The notes: generated from the letters alone by a model not told the origin. A DNA stretch of 64,000 nucleotides from Bacilli bacterium (GCA_024408565.1 JAKSUW010000001.1:28498-92497); one strand, 5' to 3'; counted from the first letter of the stretch, positions 48,890 through 58,907 are shown. Numbers and translations: made by a program.

Positions 48890-48972
48890 TTCCCTCCGCT
48901 AGCATTACCTAGATCAGGTATGGTCGGCTTCACGCCCTCTCAGCCAGTTTCCTAGCTCCCAAAAAGTATTAT
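48890..48972 (-). promoter_or_regulatory. TPP (thiamine pyrophosphate) riboswitch controlling thiT.
   Basis: The minus strand reads GGGAGCUAGGAAACUGGCUGAGAGGGCGUGAAGCCGACCAUACCUGAUCUAGGUAAUGCUAGCGGAGGGA. It contains CUGAGA and ACCUGAUCUAGGUAAUGCUAGCGGAGGGA (about 25 of 29 nt identical to the THI-box consensus as I recall it). The GGAGGG SD is part of the closing helix. Confidence 0.85.
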
Positions 48973-48976
48973 AAAA

Positions 48977-49639
48977 TTAGTGATTTATCCAGTCAATGGT
49001 GTTAACACCATTCTTCGCCAAATATTCGTTCGCGCGTTTAAAATGTTGATGATGAAACCAGCCACCCCGATTCGCACTTAAAGGTGATGGGTGTACGCTT
49101 TCTAAAATAAGGCGATGAGGATTATGAATGTACTGTTTATATTTTTTCGCGTGGCCACCCCAAAGCATAAAAACAATCGGTTGATTTAAAGTGTCGATGT
49201 ATTTTAAAACATCCGCAATAAAAGATGCGTATTCTTTAATGTCGTGACTTAAGGGCTGGTGAGCTCGAACGGACAAGATAGTGTTAAGTAATAAACAACC
49301 TTGTTTCGCTAAATAGGTAAGATCACCATCTTCTTTCATCTTTTCACCATATTCATTTTCAATTTCCTTATAGATGTTTTGTAAACTAGGTGGTAAGGTT
49401 ACCCCACTAGGAACTGAAAATGATAAGCCCATGGCCTGTTGTGGTTCATGATAAGGATCTTGCCCAAGAATCACCACTTTTAATGTAGCAGGATTAGTTT
49501 GGTTAAACGCGTTATGCATTAAAGCGCGTGGTGGATAAACAGTGTAACGGGCATACTCCTCATCAAGAAACGCCCGTAACTTATGAGCGTATGGTTCTAC
49601 TTTAATTTTATCGAACAATGAATTCCAGTCTTTCAGCAT
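48977..49639 (-). CDS. ung: Uracil-DNA glycosylase.
   Basis: …VVILGQDPYHEPQQAMGLSFSV… and HPSPLSA motifs. 220 aa. Confidence 0.92.
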   Translation of the reverse strand: MLKDWNSLFDKIKVEPYAHKLRAFLDEEYARYTVYPPRALMHNAFNQTNPATLKVVILGQDPYHEPQQAMGLSFSVPSGVTLPPSLQNIYKEIENEYGEKMKEDGDLTYLAKQGCLLLNTILSVRAHQPLSHDIKEYASFIADVLKYIDTLNQPIVFMLWGGHAKKYKQYIHNPHRLILESVHPSPLSANRGGWFHHQHFKRANEYLAKNGVNTIDWINH

Positions 49640-49751
49640 GCTTTTATTATATGCTAGCTAATCATTCGCTGCACTTTAACTAGAATGATTCATTGAAATA
49701 ATTGTCGATTATATTTATTTAATGTATATTGAGGGTAAGGAAATAGGTTTT

Positions 49752-50813
49752 ATGCAAAAAATTAAATTATTAATTGTACCCTTTGTAGCGATATCGCTTT
49801 TCGCCGGTTGTAACAAAGGGCCAACCCATCCGATTAACGAAGAAATTACTAAAATCGAAGACGGACTTTACTCAATGACCTTAAGAGATGATTATGTGGA
49901 AAAATATATCAATGCTGGCGGCGGAGATACTGATGGAGACATCTTGGATTTTGCTAAGAAAAATATTTCGGATGACCCGATTTTAGATAAATATCATCCA
50001 TGGGCTGCTTGCTATGGAGATGCTTGCTCTTCTTTTGTTTGCTTAAATAACGATAACGAATATATTCATGGTCGTAATTTAGATTTAATACCCGCTGCTT
50101 TATTACCTAATACGCCATCTCTAATTATGCATAACATCCCAAAAAGCGGTTACGAAAGCATTTCGTTCTCGACTTTTGGTCTATTAAGTTTAGACGCTGG
50201 AGACATTCCTAGCGAACACGCACAAGCTTTTAAAATTTTTGAATTTGTTCCACTAGATGGTATTAATTCGGCAGGGCTAGCCGTCAACGTTAATGTCCTT
50301 CATAAATCAGAGTCTCGCGTCCAGCAAGATACTATAGGAAAAACCGATATCACTACAACCGTTTTAATTAGATTGATTCTTAACAAGGCCAAAAATGTTG
50401 ACGAAGCCGTCAAAATAATTAATAAATACAACATCCATGATAGTAATACTTTACCTATGCCCTATCATTTTATGATTTCCGATCAAAGTGGTGCTTCTTG
50501 TGTAGTTGAATTTTATAACAACGAAATCCAAATTATTAATAAACGTCAAGATGAAAAAATCCTCGCAATGACCAACACCGAAATGAATGAACATTTTGGC
50601 GAAGAGTGGAAAGAATGCGAGAGGTACAAAGCCATCATCCAAACCTTTAACCAATATGGCGGCGAAAAATTAACGCAAGAACAAGCGATGGAAGCTTTAA
50701 AAGCCGCAAAACAAAACCACACAACTCATTCGATTATTTATAACTTAAAAAAGAAATCGGTTTATTTCTGTCGTGGTATGCAATGGGAACAAATGCACTT
50801 TTTTGATATGTAA
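49752..50813 (+). CDS. Lipoprotein of the choloylglycine hydrolase / linear amide C-N hydrolase (Ntn) family, with a ~100-aa N-terminal pro-region.
   Basis: Lipobox SLFAGCNKG. The internal …AACYGDACSSFVCLNNDNEYIHGRNLDL… matches the CGH catalytic N-terminal Cys-x(n)-GRNxD pattern. NCT/AGA codon usage. Confidence 0.55.
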   Translation: MQKIKLLIVPFVAISLFAGCNKGPTHPINEEITKIEDGLYSMTLRDDYVEKYINAGGGDTDGDILDFAKKNISDDPILDKYHPWAACYGDACSSFVCLNNDNEYIHGRNLDLIPAALLPNTPSLIMHNIPKSGYESISFSTFGLLSLDAGDIPSEHAQAFKIFEFVPLDGINSAGLAVNVNVLHKSESRVQQDTIGKTDITTTVLIRLILNKAKNVDEAVKIINKYNIHDSNTLPMPYHFMISDQSGASCVVEFYNNEIQIINKRQDEKILAMTNTEMNEHFGEEWKECERYKAIIQTFNQYGGEKLTQEQAMEALKAAKQNHTTHSIIYNLKKKSVYFCRGMQWEQMHFFDM

Positions 50814-50926
50814 TAGTCTAATTAAAAACTATTTTGCATCGTTTTTATTATGCTATAGAGTTAACAATTTATTTGCTTAATAAGCAAAAATAATATATCT
50901 TATTTTAGTAACGATTGGAGTTAGTT

Positions 50927-51433
50927 ATGAAGAAGTATGTTACGTTCACTAGCCTATTAGCCGTCCTTGGTTTTGTATTTTTAATGCTTTGGTTTACCCC
51001 AGCAGTTCAATTTGTTTCGCACGATGACAGCTATAAACAATTATTAAATTTTTTCCAAAGCGCTTTTGGTACTGGTATTAATATGCCTGGCGTTCAACCC
51101 GCCGTCAGTTCGGTGGCATGTGCTGGTTTAATCGTTGCCTTTATCTTTATGATCTTCGGCATCATTCTTAACTTTATCAGTAACAAAAATAAGTTATTTA
51201 ACTTGCTAGCTGGTGGTTTCTATATCGCTAGTGGCGCGTTAGTCTTATGTGCTTTAGCCATGGTTAATTACGTTAATATTAACGTTGAAGGTAGAATCGG
51301 CACAATGGGAGAGTTCGTTGCTTACGAAGGCTTTATCATTGCGGTTGGCACTTTAACCATCATCTTAGGTGCCTTCTCACTTATTAATGGCATCACTGGT
51401 TTTGTTAAACCAAAAGCGCCAGAAGTTTATTAA
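50927..51433 (+). CDS. Small membrane protein (about 4 TM) of unknown function.
   Basis: MKKYVTFTSLLAVLGFVFL…. Hydrophobic. The true ATG is at 50927. Confidence 0.45.
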   Translation: MKKYVTFTSLLAVLGFVFLMLWFTPAVQFVSHDDSYKQLLNFFQSAFGTGINMPGVQPAVSSVACAGLIVAFIFMIFGIILNFISNKNKLFNLLAGGFYIASGALVLCALAMVNYVNINVEGRIGTMGEFVAYEGFIIAVGTLTIILGAFSLINGITGFVKPKAPEVY

Positions 51434-51450
51434 TCAATCACTATCATAAA

Positions 51451-51476
51451 AGAGATCCGGAAGGATCTTTTTTTAT
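51451..51476. terminator. Rho-independent terminator (AGATCC-GGAA-GGATCT plus T7), shared by the convergent 50927 gene and mntP.
   Basis: Perfect 6-bp stem with a GGAA loop, then a T-run. Confidence 0.75.
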
Positions 51477-52105
51477 AAACCAATATAATGCGAAGCCACT
51501 ACCCAAATCGCTAAACCAATCAATATTACTCCACCAATGATTTGGGAGATTTCGTATTTGCCTTTGAAGAGGCGATTAAAGAAATTACCTAAGAAAACAC
51601 CTAAACACGAAATAATAAAAGTGCAAACTAAAACAATCGCGACATGGAGCCAAATAGTTTGATCTGTAGAAATATTATGGCCATGTAAGGCAAACCCAAC
51701 CGCTAAAGCATCAATGGAGGTTAATAAGCCAAAGAAGAGAACTTCCTTTACCGTAAAATGTTTAGGTTTTCTTTTCTCTGGGTGAGTAACCGCCCGAATC
51801 CCATCAAAACCCATCTTTAAGCCAACGATTAATAATAAAGCAAAAGCAACCCAAGAAACGACCGTACAAGTAATCTCAATGGCTTTTTCGGCGTATTGTT
51901 TAACCGCTAACTCGACCGCCGCCACAATCCAATAGCCAATTAATGGCATCAGGGCTTGCATAAAGCCAAAGACACCCGCGATAAAAAAGCCCCGGCGTTT
52001 ATTCATATCTTGATAGACTAAACCATCAGTAATAGCGATAGCGAAAGCATCCATACTGAGTGCTAAGCCAAAGAGGAAGACTTGAAGAATAATTGATGCT
52101 TCCAT
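51473..52105 (-). CDS. mntP: Putative manganese efflux pump MntP (DUF204).
   Basis: …LFGLALSMDAFAIAI… repeated in both halves, 6 TM. 210 aa. Confidence 0.7.
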   Translation of the reverse strand: MEASIILQVFLFGLALSMDAFAIAITDGLVYQDMNKRRGFFIAGVFGFMQALMPLIGYWIVAAVELAVKQYAEKAIEITCTVVSWVAFALLLIVGLKMGFDGIRAVTHPEKRKPKHFTVKEVLFFGLLTSIDALAVGFALHGHNISTDQTIWLHVAIVLVCTFIISCLGVFLGNFFNRLFKGKYEISQIIGGVILIGLAIWVVASHYIGL

Positions 52106-52195
52106 ACTGCTATCTTAGATAAAATCTAAGATGGTGTCAAATCATTCGTTAAGTTAACTAAAGTTAACTTAAATAGCGAAGTTTAACCAGTAAAG

Positions 52196-52226
52196 AAAAA
52201 AAGGGACTTGCGCCCCTTTTTTCTTT
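52196..52226. terminator. Weak terminator-like hairpin (AAGGG-8nt-CCCTT) flanked by A and T runs, after lemA.
   Basis: 5-bp stem with U-tracts on both strands, 15 nt downstream of the lemA stop. Confidence 0.4.
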
Positions 52227-52239
52227 AAAAATAAACTAA

Positions 52240-52902
52240 TTAAAAGAAAGTGCCACGCGCTTGCTTTTTGGTTTCGGTATCCACGCTGAATGGAATCCGA
52301 GTGGTATAGCCTTTCTTCGCGGCTACCATCTTCTTGGTGGGCCAAGCAAAGATCGCTGCGTTCCATTCTAAGACAGTGTCATTATAAACTTCACGCGCTG
52401 CGGTAATTTCTTTTTGTAAGTAGGCGTTTTGTTGCATCGCATCTTCAAGCTCTTGGTGGGCCTTTAAGTTAGGATAATTTTCAATCGCCACATTGATTTT
52501 CTTGTTCACTTCTTCAATCGCCCGAGCTTGTTCATTACGACCAGCATCAGGATTGTTGCCACTTCTTAACGCGGCAATCTTCGTGAAGGTGCTCTTATCA
52601 AAATCAACCGCTTTGTCTAAGAGTTTCGCGGTGTTCTTAAGAATTTGCACTCTTTGTTCAAGATAGTTATCGATTTGTGAAGCATCGTGGTTCACTTTTT
52701 GTTGTAATGCATTTAAGTAGTTAGTGGCGCTCATTCTGACGAGTAAGAAAATTAAACCCGGAATGATGCCTAACACAAAGAGGACGACAACAAAAATAAC
52801 GCTACCCGCTCCTGTCTTGGGTGCGATTTGTTTTTCAATAACATGAACGTCCCGGCCTTGTTCGTTCACCGGAGCAGTCATCTCATCTAGTTCATTTGCC
52901 AT
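52240..52902 (-). CDS. lemA: LemA family protein.
   Basis: N-terminal TM plus a LemA domain (…NTAKLLDKAVDFDKSTFTKIAALR…NYPNLKA…). AAGGAG RBS. Confidence 0.85.
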   Translation of the reverse strand: MANELDEMTAPVNEQGRDVHVIEKQIAPKTGAGSVIFVVVLFVLGIIPGLIFLLVRMSATNYLNALQQKVNHDASQIDNYLEQRVQILKNTAKLLDKAVDFDKSTFTKIAALRSGNNPDAGRNEQARAIEEVNKKINVAIENYPNLKAHQELEDAMQQNAYLQKEITAAREVYNDTVLEWNAAIFAWPTKKMVAAKKGYTTRIPFSVDTETKKQARGTFF

Positions 52903-52914
52903 AAATTATTCTCC

Positions 52915-54681
52915 TTATTTATTGGTATTATTGGTGTTAATGGCGGTAAATAAAGCGCTCACTAATCCCTTTTGATAGTATACATCCTTAACGGATGAAT
53001 TCGCAAACAATTTTTCATGTTTTTCGCTGATAAACTTTTTACGGTCATCATTAGTTGTTCCAACCATAAGTGGTGTCTTTTTGGAAACCGGTAAATATTG
53101 ATACCAAGTAACTGGCACCATGTAGGTACGACCATTACCAGCAACACGTGGAACCATTTCCACTTGGGGAATTGATTTAAAGGCATGCGCAACAATGTTC
53201 ACTAAGTCATGATCTTTCTCTTTCTTCACAAGTTCTGTCTTAAGAATTGCTTCAGTGGCACTATCTTTAGGCATAAAATGAGTTACATCATAAGCATTCG
53301 CCAAGGATTCAGTTTCAAAAGCTGTCACATTGCTATCAGCGTGGTTATCTTTATAAATATATTCTTTGGCTTTGTAGTTTTGGTAAAGTGGAACACACAT
53401 TAAAGGCGCCATATCAAAATAGAAATTCTTAAAGTATTCATCACAACGGGTGATAAATTTCTCTCGCGCCTTCGCTAAATCAAAATCAAGGAAATCAAGC
53501 GGATTACCACGGTAATCGTGAGTTTGCGCATGACGAGTCTTAATGTAGTTTAATGGTCCCCGTTTCACAAAACAGAAATCATCACCATAAGGGGTTGGTG
53601 TCTTAATTAAATGGAGCATGTTCCGTTGGGCAAGGGGTGTAAAGAGTAAACGGAATTCAACTTCGTTATCACGGTCGGTCGCGTTAAATAACGCTTCAAA
53701 TTCACTATTACCCATTTTGGTAAATTCGTGATCTTTCTTACTCCGCTTCGCTAACTCTTTATTGCTCTTTTTCACTAACTTCGCAATTTCGCGAGCGCTT
53801 AAATCTTTAGTAGCGCCTGGCATCCGGGTGAAATTTAATTTTGGCGCGGCGTCATTACCATAAATTAGCCAAGTATCAACATAATAGTAAGGTGCCGGTT
53901 TCACTATTTCCGCGTGTAAAATTTCGGTTCGCGTTGTAGTAACAGTCCGACCATTAACATTAGTACGGACTGTGTAAGTGACGGTTAAACTACCAAAATA
54001 GGTCCGGGGCACCATTTCTTGCACCCGGTTCATTTCAATCACGAACGGATTACCAAAGATTGAGCCGGATTGAACGTATAAAGTAGAAATATCATTACCC
54101 GCGTGGACACCATAACCATATTTATCATGGAGTTGATAATAACGTTTGTTATCAAACACGGTGTCGACTTGCATTAAAGGAATCGTCTTACCAACTAGTT
54201 CCGCTGGAAGGTTCCAAGAGTAAGCATCATTTAACGCCGCTAACTGGGCGATGGCTTGACCCTTAAGTTCTTCCGCATGCGAATTTTCTACAGCAATATC
54301 GTCATGGATTTTTTTAATCTCCGCATCAATGCCGTGTTTAATCTTTTTATAGAGTAAAACACCAACGGGAATAAGAATAATTAAAATAAAAGACACAATC
54401 ATCAAAAACTTAAAGAAACTCCGCTTCCGTTTTTTCTTACGGGCTTTCTTTTCTAAAGCTTCGATCTCGGTTAACTTATGATAATAATCTTCACAAGTGG
54501 CTTTATTAGCCGCCGCATCGGTCTTCGTGTCCTTTAATAATTGATCAAAATAATCAACCACGTTTTGGTGGTGAATCTCCGCTGCGTGTTCGTAAGCACG
54601 CCGGGGTTCTGAAATGTCTTTTATTGTTTGCATACTCATATATTTTACTATAACTATATCCCGATGGATAATTATTAACAA
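52915..54681 (-). CDS. Membrane-anchored protein of unknown function (about 588 aa, one TM, large C-terminal domain), operonic with lemA. The start is uncertain (M at 54639 or 54633 is also possible).
   Basis: Long intact ORF ending 13 nt before the lemA start. No recognisable catalytic motif. LemA genes typically pair with an uncharacterised membrane partner. Confidence 0.45.
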   Translation of the reverse strand: MLIIIHRDIVIVKYMSMQTIKDISEPRRAYEHAAEIHHQNVVDYFDQLLKDTKTDAAANKATCEDYYHKLTEIEALEKKARKKKRKRSFFKFLMIVSFILIILIPVGVLLYKKIKHGIDAEIKKIHDDIAVENSHAEELKGQAIAQLAALNDAYSWNLPAELVGKTIPLMQVDTVFDNKRYYQLHDKYGYGVHAGNDISTLYVQSGSIFGNPFVIEMNRVQEMVPRTYFGSLTVTYTVRTNVNGRTVTTTRTEILHAEIVKPAPYYYVDTWLIYGNDAAPKLNFTRMPGATKDLSAREIAKLVKKSNKELAKRSKKDHEFTKMGNSEFEALFNATDRDNEVEFRLLFTPLAQRNMLHLIKTPTPYGDDFCFVKRGPLNYIKTRHAQTHDYRGNPLDFLDFDLAKAREKFITRCDEYFKNFYFDMAPLMCVPLYQNYKAKEYIYKDNHADSNVTAFETESLANAYDVTHFMPKDSATEAILKTELVKKEKDHDLVNIVAHAFKSIPQVEMVPRVAGNGRTYMVPVTWYQYLPVSKKTPLMVGTTNDDRKKFISEKHEKLFANSSVKDVYYQKGLVSALFTAINTNNTNK

Positions 54682-54710
54682 TAATTAAATTCCGCGTATA
54701 ATATCTTCGT

Positions 54711-54959
54711 ATGGCGAATGAAGAAGTAATTAAAGCCATTAAAGCCACGCTGGAGAAAGTGCGTCCTTTTTTACAACGCGATGGTGGCGACGTGGAATTT
54801 GATTCTTTTATTGACGGCACCGTTTATATCAAAATGATCGGTGCTTGCGAAGGTTGCGCCTTTATTGATAACACGATTAAAGATGGGATTGAAATTATCC
54901 TTTTAGAAGAAGTTAAAGAAGTTAAAGCGGTTAAACCGGTCAGTGAAAAACCGCAATAA
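54711..54959 (+). CDS. nfuA: NifU-like Fe-S cluster scaffold/carrier (Nfu C-terminal domain).
   Basis: …VRPFLQRDGGDVEFDSFIDGTVYIKMIGACEGCAF…, the CxxC Nfu motif. 82 aa. Confidence 0.85.
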   Translation: MANEEVIKAIKATLEKVRPFLQRDGGDVEFDSFIDGTVYIKMIGACEGCAFIDNTIKDGIEIILLEEVKEVKAVKPVSEKPQ

Positions 54960-54961
54960 AT

Positions 54962-56365
54962 TTATATACTAACAAATAGGTTATTGGTAATTGTAGTAAG
55001 GATAGTTGCTAATGGGAAAGCGATTGCATACGCGGCCGCAACGTCTTCGGTTTTCGCTGCGTTAATTAAGCTCGCTAAAGACGGTGTCGAAGTCATTGAA
55101 CCTGTAATCGCTCCTAAGTTGTTTAATAATGGCAATTTTAAAATCTTTTGGGCAATGATAAAACCAATTAAAGCGGGCAAAATCGTAATCACCGCACCAA
55201 GCACAAAGATATAAACAATGATTAATGGGCCTTGTTCGTTTTGGGAAATCCCTTTAACAATTTGGGCTCCACCGTTAACACCCGCACCAATCAAGAAGAT
55301 TAATAAACCAAGTTCACGGAAAGTCTTATTCGTCTGATCACTCACTTGTAAAGAGACACGACCAAAGTGTCCGAAGTGACCCATTAATAAGCAAGAGAAG
55401 AGGACGCCACCGGTTGTCCCTAAACTAAAGCAAGGGCCGGCAAAGCCTTGCATCGTTAACGGAATTCTAATTAGGCCAACTAAAATACCAGCGATGATGG
55501 CCATAAACATTGGGAATAAGCCATAAGGGTCAAATTTATAAAGTGCCTTCATATCAATGGTACCAACAGTGCGGTCAGTTGAAGCATCGATTTTAATCGC
55601 TGCTCTTTCTTTCGCCATATCCGCATGGAGAATGCGAGGCATTAATTGAATAAATAAGACGACACCGATAACACCAAATGGATAAGTAATGGCATAACCA
55701 ACCGTCACATTCGTGGCTAAAACTGGCGATATTAAACTAGCGGCGTTAAGCGCAGCTGCATACGCTGGAGTAGAAGTCAAAGCGCCAGCAAAAATACCTG
55801 CCGCATAGCCAACACCAATACCTGGTATTGGAGCAATCGCGGCTGCCATTAATTGACCAGCTAAAGATACCACTACCGCAAGGACGATATAGGCTTTCGC
55901 GTTTTGTTGGAAGCTCTTAAAGAATGTTGGACCAGCCATAAAGCCGACCGCACTAATAAAGAGAATTAAGCCAAAGTTTTGTAAGATGTTCGCGTACCAA
56001 TAACCGATATTACCAAGGTCACTCGAAATCGTTGCGGGGTCAATTCTAAAATATTGGAGAATCGGTAAATCCTCCGGAATCATCGTGAAAAGGAAACCAA
56101 ACAAAATAGCCACCAAGAAGGCGCCAGCGGAACCAAGCGAAACATTTTTAATCGAAATTGAACCAAGGAGTTGCCCTAATAAGGCAATCGTGAAAAGGCC
56201 AATAAACATGGCGAGCACTCTATCAATCGCGACCACTTGTTCAGGTGGGGGTGGCGAATCAGGCGAGTCTTGTTTAATGGCAAAGATTGCCCAAGTAACT
56301 AATAAAAGAACGGCTAAAACAGCTAATGTGATTCCAAGAGCCTTTAGACGTTTCTTATTTTTCAT
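54962..56365 (-). CDS. Duplicated-domain permease, possibly of the AAE (aspartate:alanine exchanger / YidE-YbjL-like) family without TrkA-C domains.
   Basis: 467 aa. Two internally repeated halves of about 5-6 TM, each with the Gly-rich …LGSAGAFLVAILFG… / …LGLLIFLIGAGVNGG… motif. Tentative family call. Confidence 0.4.
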   Translation of the reverse strand: MKNKKRLKALGITLAVLAVLLLVTWAIFAIKQDSPDSPPPPEQVVAIDRVLAMFIGLFTIALLGQLLGSISIKNVSLGSAGAFLVAILFGFLFTMIPEDLPILQYFRIDPATISSDLGNIGYWYANILQNFGLILFISAVGFMAGPTFFKSFQQNAKAYIVLAVVVSLAGQLMAAAIAPIPGIGVGYAAGIFAGALTSTPAYAAALNAASLISPVLATNVTVGYAITYPFGVIGVVLFIQLMPRILHADMAKERAAIKIDASTDRTVGTIDMKALYKFDPYGLFPMFMAIIAGILVGLIRIPLTMQGFAGPCFSLGTTGGVLFSCLLMGHFGHFGRVSLQVSDQTNKTFRELGLLIFLIGAGVNGGAQIVKGISQNEQGPLIIVYIFVLGAVITILPALIGFIIAQKILKLPLLNNLGAITGSMTSTPSLASLINAAKTEDVAAAYAIAFPLATILTTITNNLFVSI

Positions 56366-56405
56366 CCTTTATATTATACAATATAAAACGATGAGCTGCT
56401 AAAAG

Positions 56406-57152
56406 TTATTTCGCTTTTCCTTGGTTAGCCACTGCGGCCATTTTCGCTTTCAAAGCCTCTTGATCACCAAGGTAATATTTTTTCATCACATGGAAGTTAT
56501 CATCAAATTCATAGACGAGTGGAACGCCTGTTGGAATATTGACTTCGGTAATCGCTTCATCACTCATTTGATCAAAATATTTCACTAACGCTCTGAGGGA
56601 ATTACCATGCGCCGCAATTAAAACTTTTTTGCCTTTCATCACTTCGGGTTTAATGACTTTGTCCCAATAAGGCACTGCCCGGGCCACAGTAATTTTTAAT
56701 GATTCAGTTAAAGGTAAAAGACTCTTATCAACATCACGATATAAAGGATCATTGACTGGCGCCCGTTTATCATCAAGGGCTAAAGCGGGTGGTGGTACAT
56801 CGTAACTTCTCCGCCAGATTTTGACTTGTGCTTCACCGTATTTTTCCGCTGTTTCACTTTTGTTTAAACCTTGGAGTGCACCATAGTGACGTTCATTTAA
56901 TTGCCAAGCTTTCACAATTGGTAAATTGGTTTTACCCATCGCTTCGAGCACTAGCGCTAAGGTGTGTTGGGCGCGTTTTAAATAAGAGGTATAGCAAAGA
57001 TCAAAATCATAGCCACCATCTTTTAAAAGTTGACCGCCAGTTTTAGCTTCTTCAATCCCTTTTTCGCTTAGATCAACATCGGTCCAACCCGTGAATAGAT
57101 TTAATTTGTTCCATTCACTTTCACCGTGTCGAATGAGTACTAACTTATACAT
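56406..57152 (-). CDS. gpmA: 2,3-bisphosphoglycerate-dependent phosphoglycerate mutase.
   Basis: [12 protein letters not shown]… catalytic His motif. 248 aa. Confidence 0.95.
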   Translation of the reverse strand: MYKLVLIRHGESEWNKLNLFTGWTDVDLSEKGIEEAKTGGQLLKDGGYDFDLCYTSYLKRAQHTLALVLEAMGKTNLPIVKAWQLNERHYGALQGLNKSETAEKYGEAQVKIWRRSYDVPPPALALDDKRAPVNDPLYRDVDKSLLPLTESLKITVARAVPYWDKVIKPEVMKGKKVLIAAHGNSLRALVKYFDQMSDEAITEVNIPTGVPLVYEFDDNFHVMKKYYLGDQEALKAKMAAVANQGKAK

Positions 57153-57179
57153 ATTTCTTCTCCTTATATATTTATATAT

Positions 57180-58907
57180 TTAGTAACGCGAAGCCATGGC
57201 CGAAAACCGTGTTTCGTCTTTCTTCGCGTAACGATTTGGATCTTTATCGCTATTAAATAATTTAGCGATGTTAGCGCAGTGTGCATACACTCTTTCGTAG
57301 CAGTTTAGGATATCAACATAAACAAGGGATAAATAGCTTGCCTTCTCGACTCCTTTCTTTTTCATCTCTCGAGTAAAATAAGCATTCTGATACTTATCAA
57401 GTAATTGAACATAATCACGTCGTTCTTGAATAATCGTGAGGGCAGCTTGTTTATCCGCTGCTTCATAAATCTTCATCGTCCGCATAATAATATCAATGGC
57501 TTCTTTATGCGCTTCCGTTAATTCGGTTTTTTGGTTGGTGTCAAACTTCTCTTTTTTCTCGTACATCGATGAATAGAAATTTAATAAGTTTTCACCATAG
57601 TCACCAATCCGTTCAATATCCTTAATACCGCGCATAATGTACGCGTAGCGAGTTTGATCAGTATAAGATAAACTGCCCGGTACCGCGTGTAAAAGGAAGT
57701 CCGCTAGATGGCGGTCAATGTTATCCACCGCTCTTTCTAATTCCAGAATATAATCTTTCACTTCTTCATCATTTTCTTTCATATATTTATCTAAGCATTC
57801 AAACATCTTAACAACATAATTAAACATCTTAATTGATAAGTCATTCGCTAATGATAAACCGGTTGAAGGGAAAGATTTCATCACCTTTGGATCAAGTTCG
57901 GTGAAAGCAATTTTTTCGCCAACGCTTTTCTTTGATGGAAATACTTTTGCGCTCATCCAACAGAGGAAATTGAGCAAAGGTAAGAAAACTAATACTGAGG
58001 TAAGGTTAAAGATTAAATGGAAAATGGCGATTTGTAACCGCGCGGTGTTTTCAGTCACCCCTAATGAATTTAAGAATGGTTGAACCGCATAAAGTAAACC
58101 CATAAAGACTAAACCCGCCGTCACTTTCATAAAGCCATTAGCGAACGCGACCCGCTTCGCCATCGCGTTACCGCCAAACGCTGATAAAACCGCAGGAATC
58201 ATCGCGCCAATATTCGAACCAATGACAATTGGTAGCATACCGAATAAGGTAATGGGCGAACCACTTAAAACGGCCGCCGCGAAGACACCTTGAATTACAC
58301 CAATGACCGCTGAACAAGATTGGAAAATTAAAGTGACCGCTGTGCCAAATAATAAGCCAAGCCATGGATAGTTATTTAAAAATTCCATGAAGTGGGTAAA
58401 CCAATCTTGAGTCGCGATTCCGTTTTTAATAAAGAATTCCATTAACCAGATACCAAAGAAAATTAAGCTAAAGCTAAAGGCAATCTGGCTCCATTGTTGT
58501 GCTTTCCGGCTATGCACTACCATCATCACAAAGGCCGCTATTAAAGCCACAAATGGCATAAATTGCGAAATACCTGGAATCGAAATTAAGAACGAAGTAA
58601 TACAGGTACCGAGGTTCGCTCCAATCACAATGGCAATCGCACTGCGGTATTCAAGTGCTCCGGCTTTTACTAAGCCAATTGATAAAGCGTAGGTACCACC
58701 ACTACTTTGAATAATCGTGGTAAAGCCGGTCCCGATTGCACAACTTTTAATTGGATTACTGGTGGCCTTCGAGATCATTCGACGAAAACGGTCGCCGTTC
58801 GCTAATTCTTTTAAACTATTCGACAACGAAGTAATGCCATATAAAAATAGGGCTAACCCGCCGATAATTAACGCGATTAAGGGGATTAATTCAAATTTAA
58901 TTTCCAT
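57180..58907 (-). CDS. nptA: Na+/phosphate cotransporter (NptA-like, Na/Pi-cotransporter II-related) with a C-terminal PhoU-like domain.
   Basis: 575 aa. Duplicated Na_Pi_cotrans repeats (…QSSGGTYALSIGLV…, …QSCSAVIGVIQGV…) plus a soluble helical C-terminus. Confidence 0.8.
   Translation of the reverse strand: MEIKFELIPLIALIIGGLALFLYGITSLSNSLKELANGDRFRRMISKATSNPIKSCAIGTGFTTIIQSSGGTYALSIGLVKAGALEYRSAIAIVIGANLGTCITSFLISIPGISQFMPFVALIAAFVMMVVHSRKAQQWSQIAFSFSLIFFGIWLMEFFIKNGIATQDWFTHFMEFLNNYPWLGLLFGTAVTLIFQSCSAVIGVIQGVFAAAVLSGSPITLFGMLPIVIGSNIGAMIPAVLSAFGGNAMAKRVAFANGFMKVTAGLVFMGLLYAVQPFLNSLGVTENTARLQIAIFHLIFNLTSVLVFLPLLNFLCWMSAKVFPSKKSVGEKIAFTELDPKVMKSFPSTGLSLANDLSIKMFNYVVKMFECLDKYMKENDEEVKDYILELERAVDNIDRHLADFLLHAVPGSLSYTDQTRYAYIMRGIKDIERIGDYGENLLNFYSSMYEKKEKFDTNQKTELTEAHKEAIDIIMRTMKIYEAADKQAALTIIQERRDYVQLLDKYQNAYFTREMKKKGVEKASYLSLVYVDILNCYERVYAHCANIAKLFNSDKDPNRYAKKDETRFSAMASRY

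Noticed and set aside
52169-52366. 65-aa ORF overlapping the lemA 3' end.
   Set aside because: Alternative frame inside or adjacent to lemA. No RBS. The LemA frame is clearly the real one.
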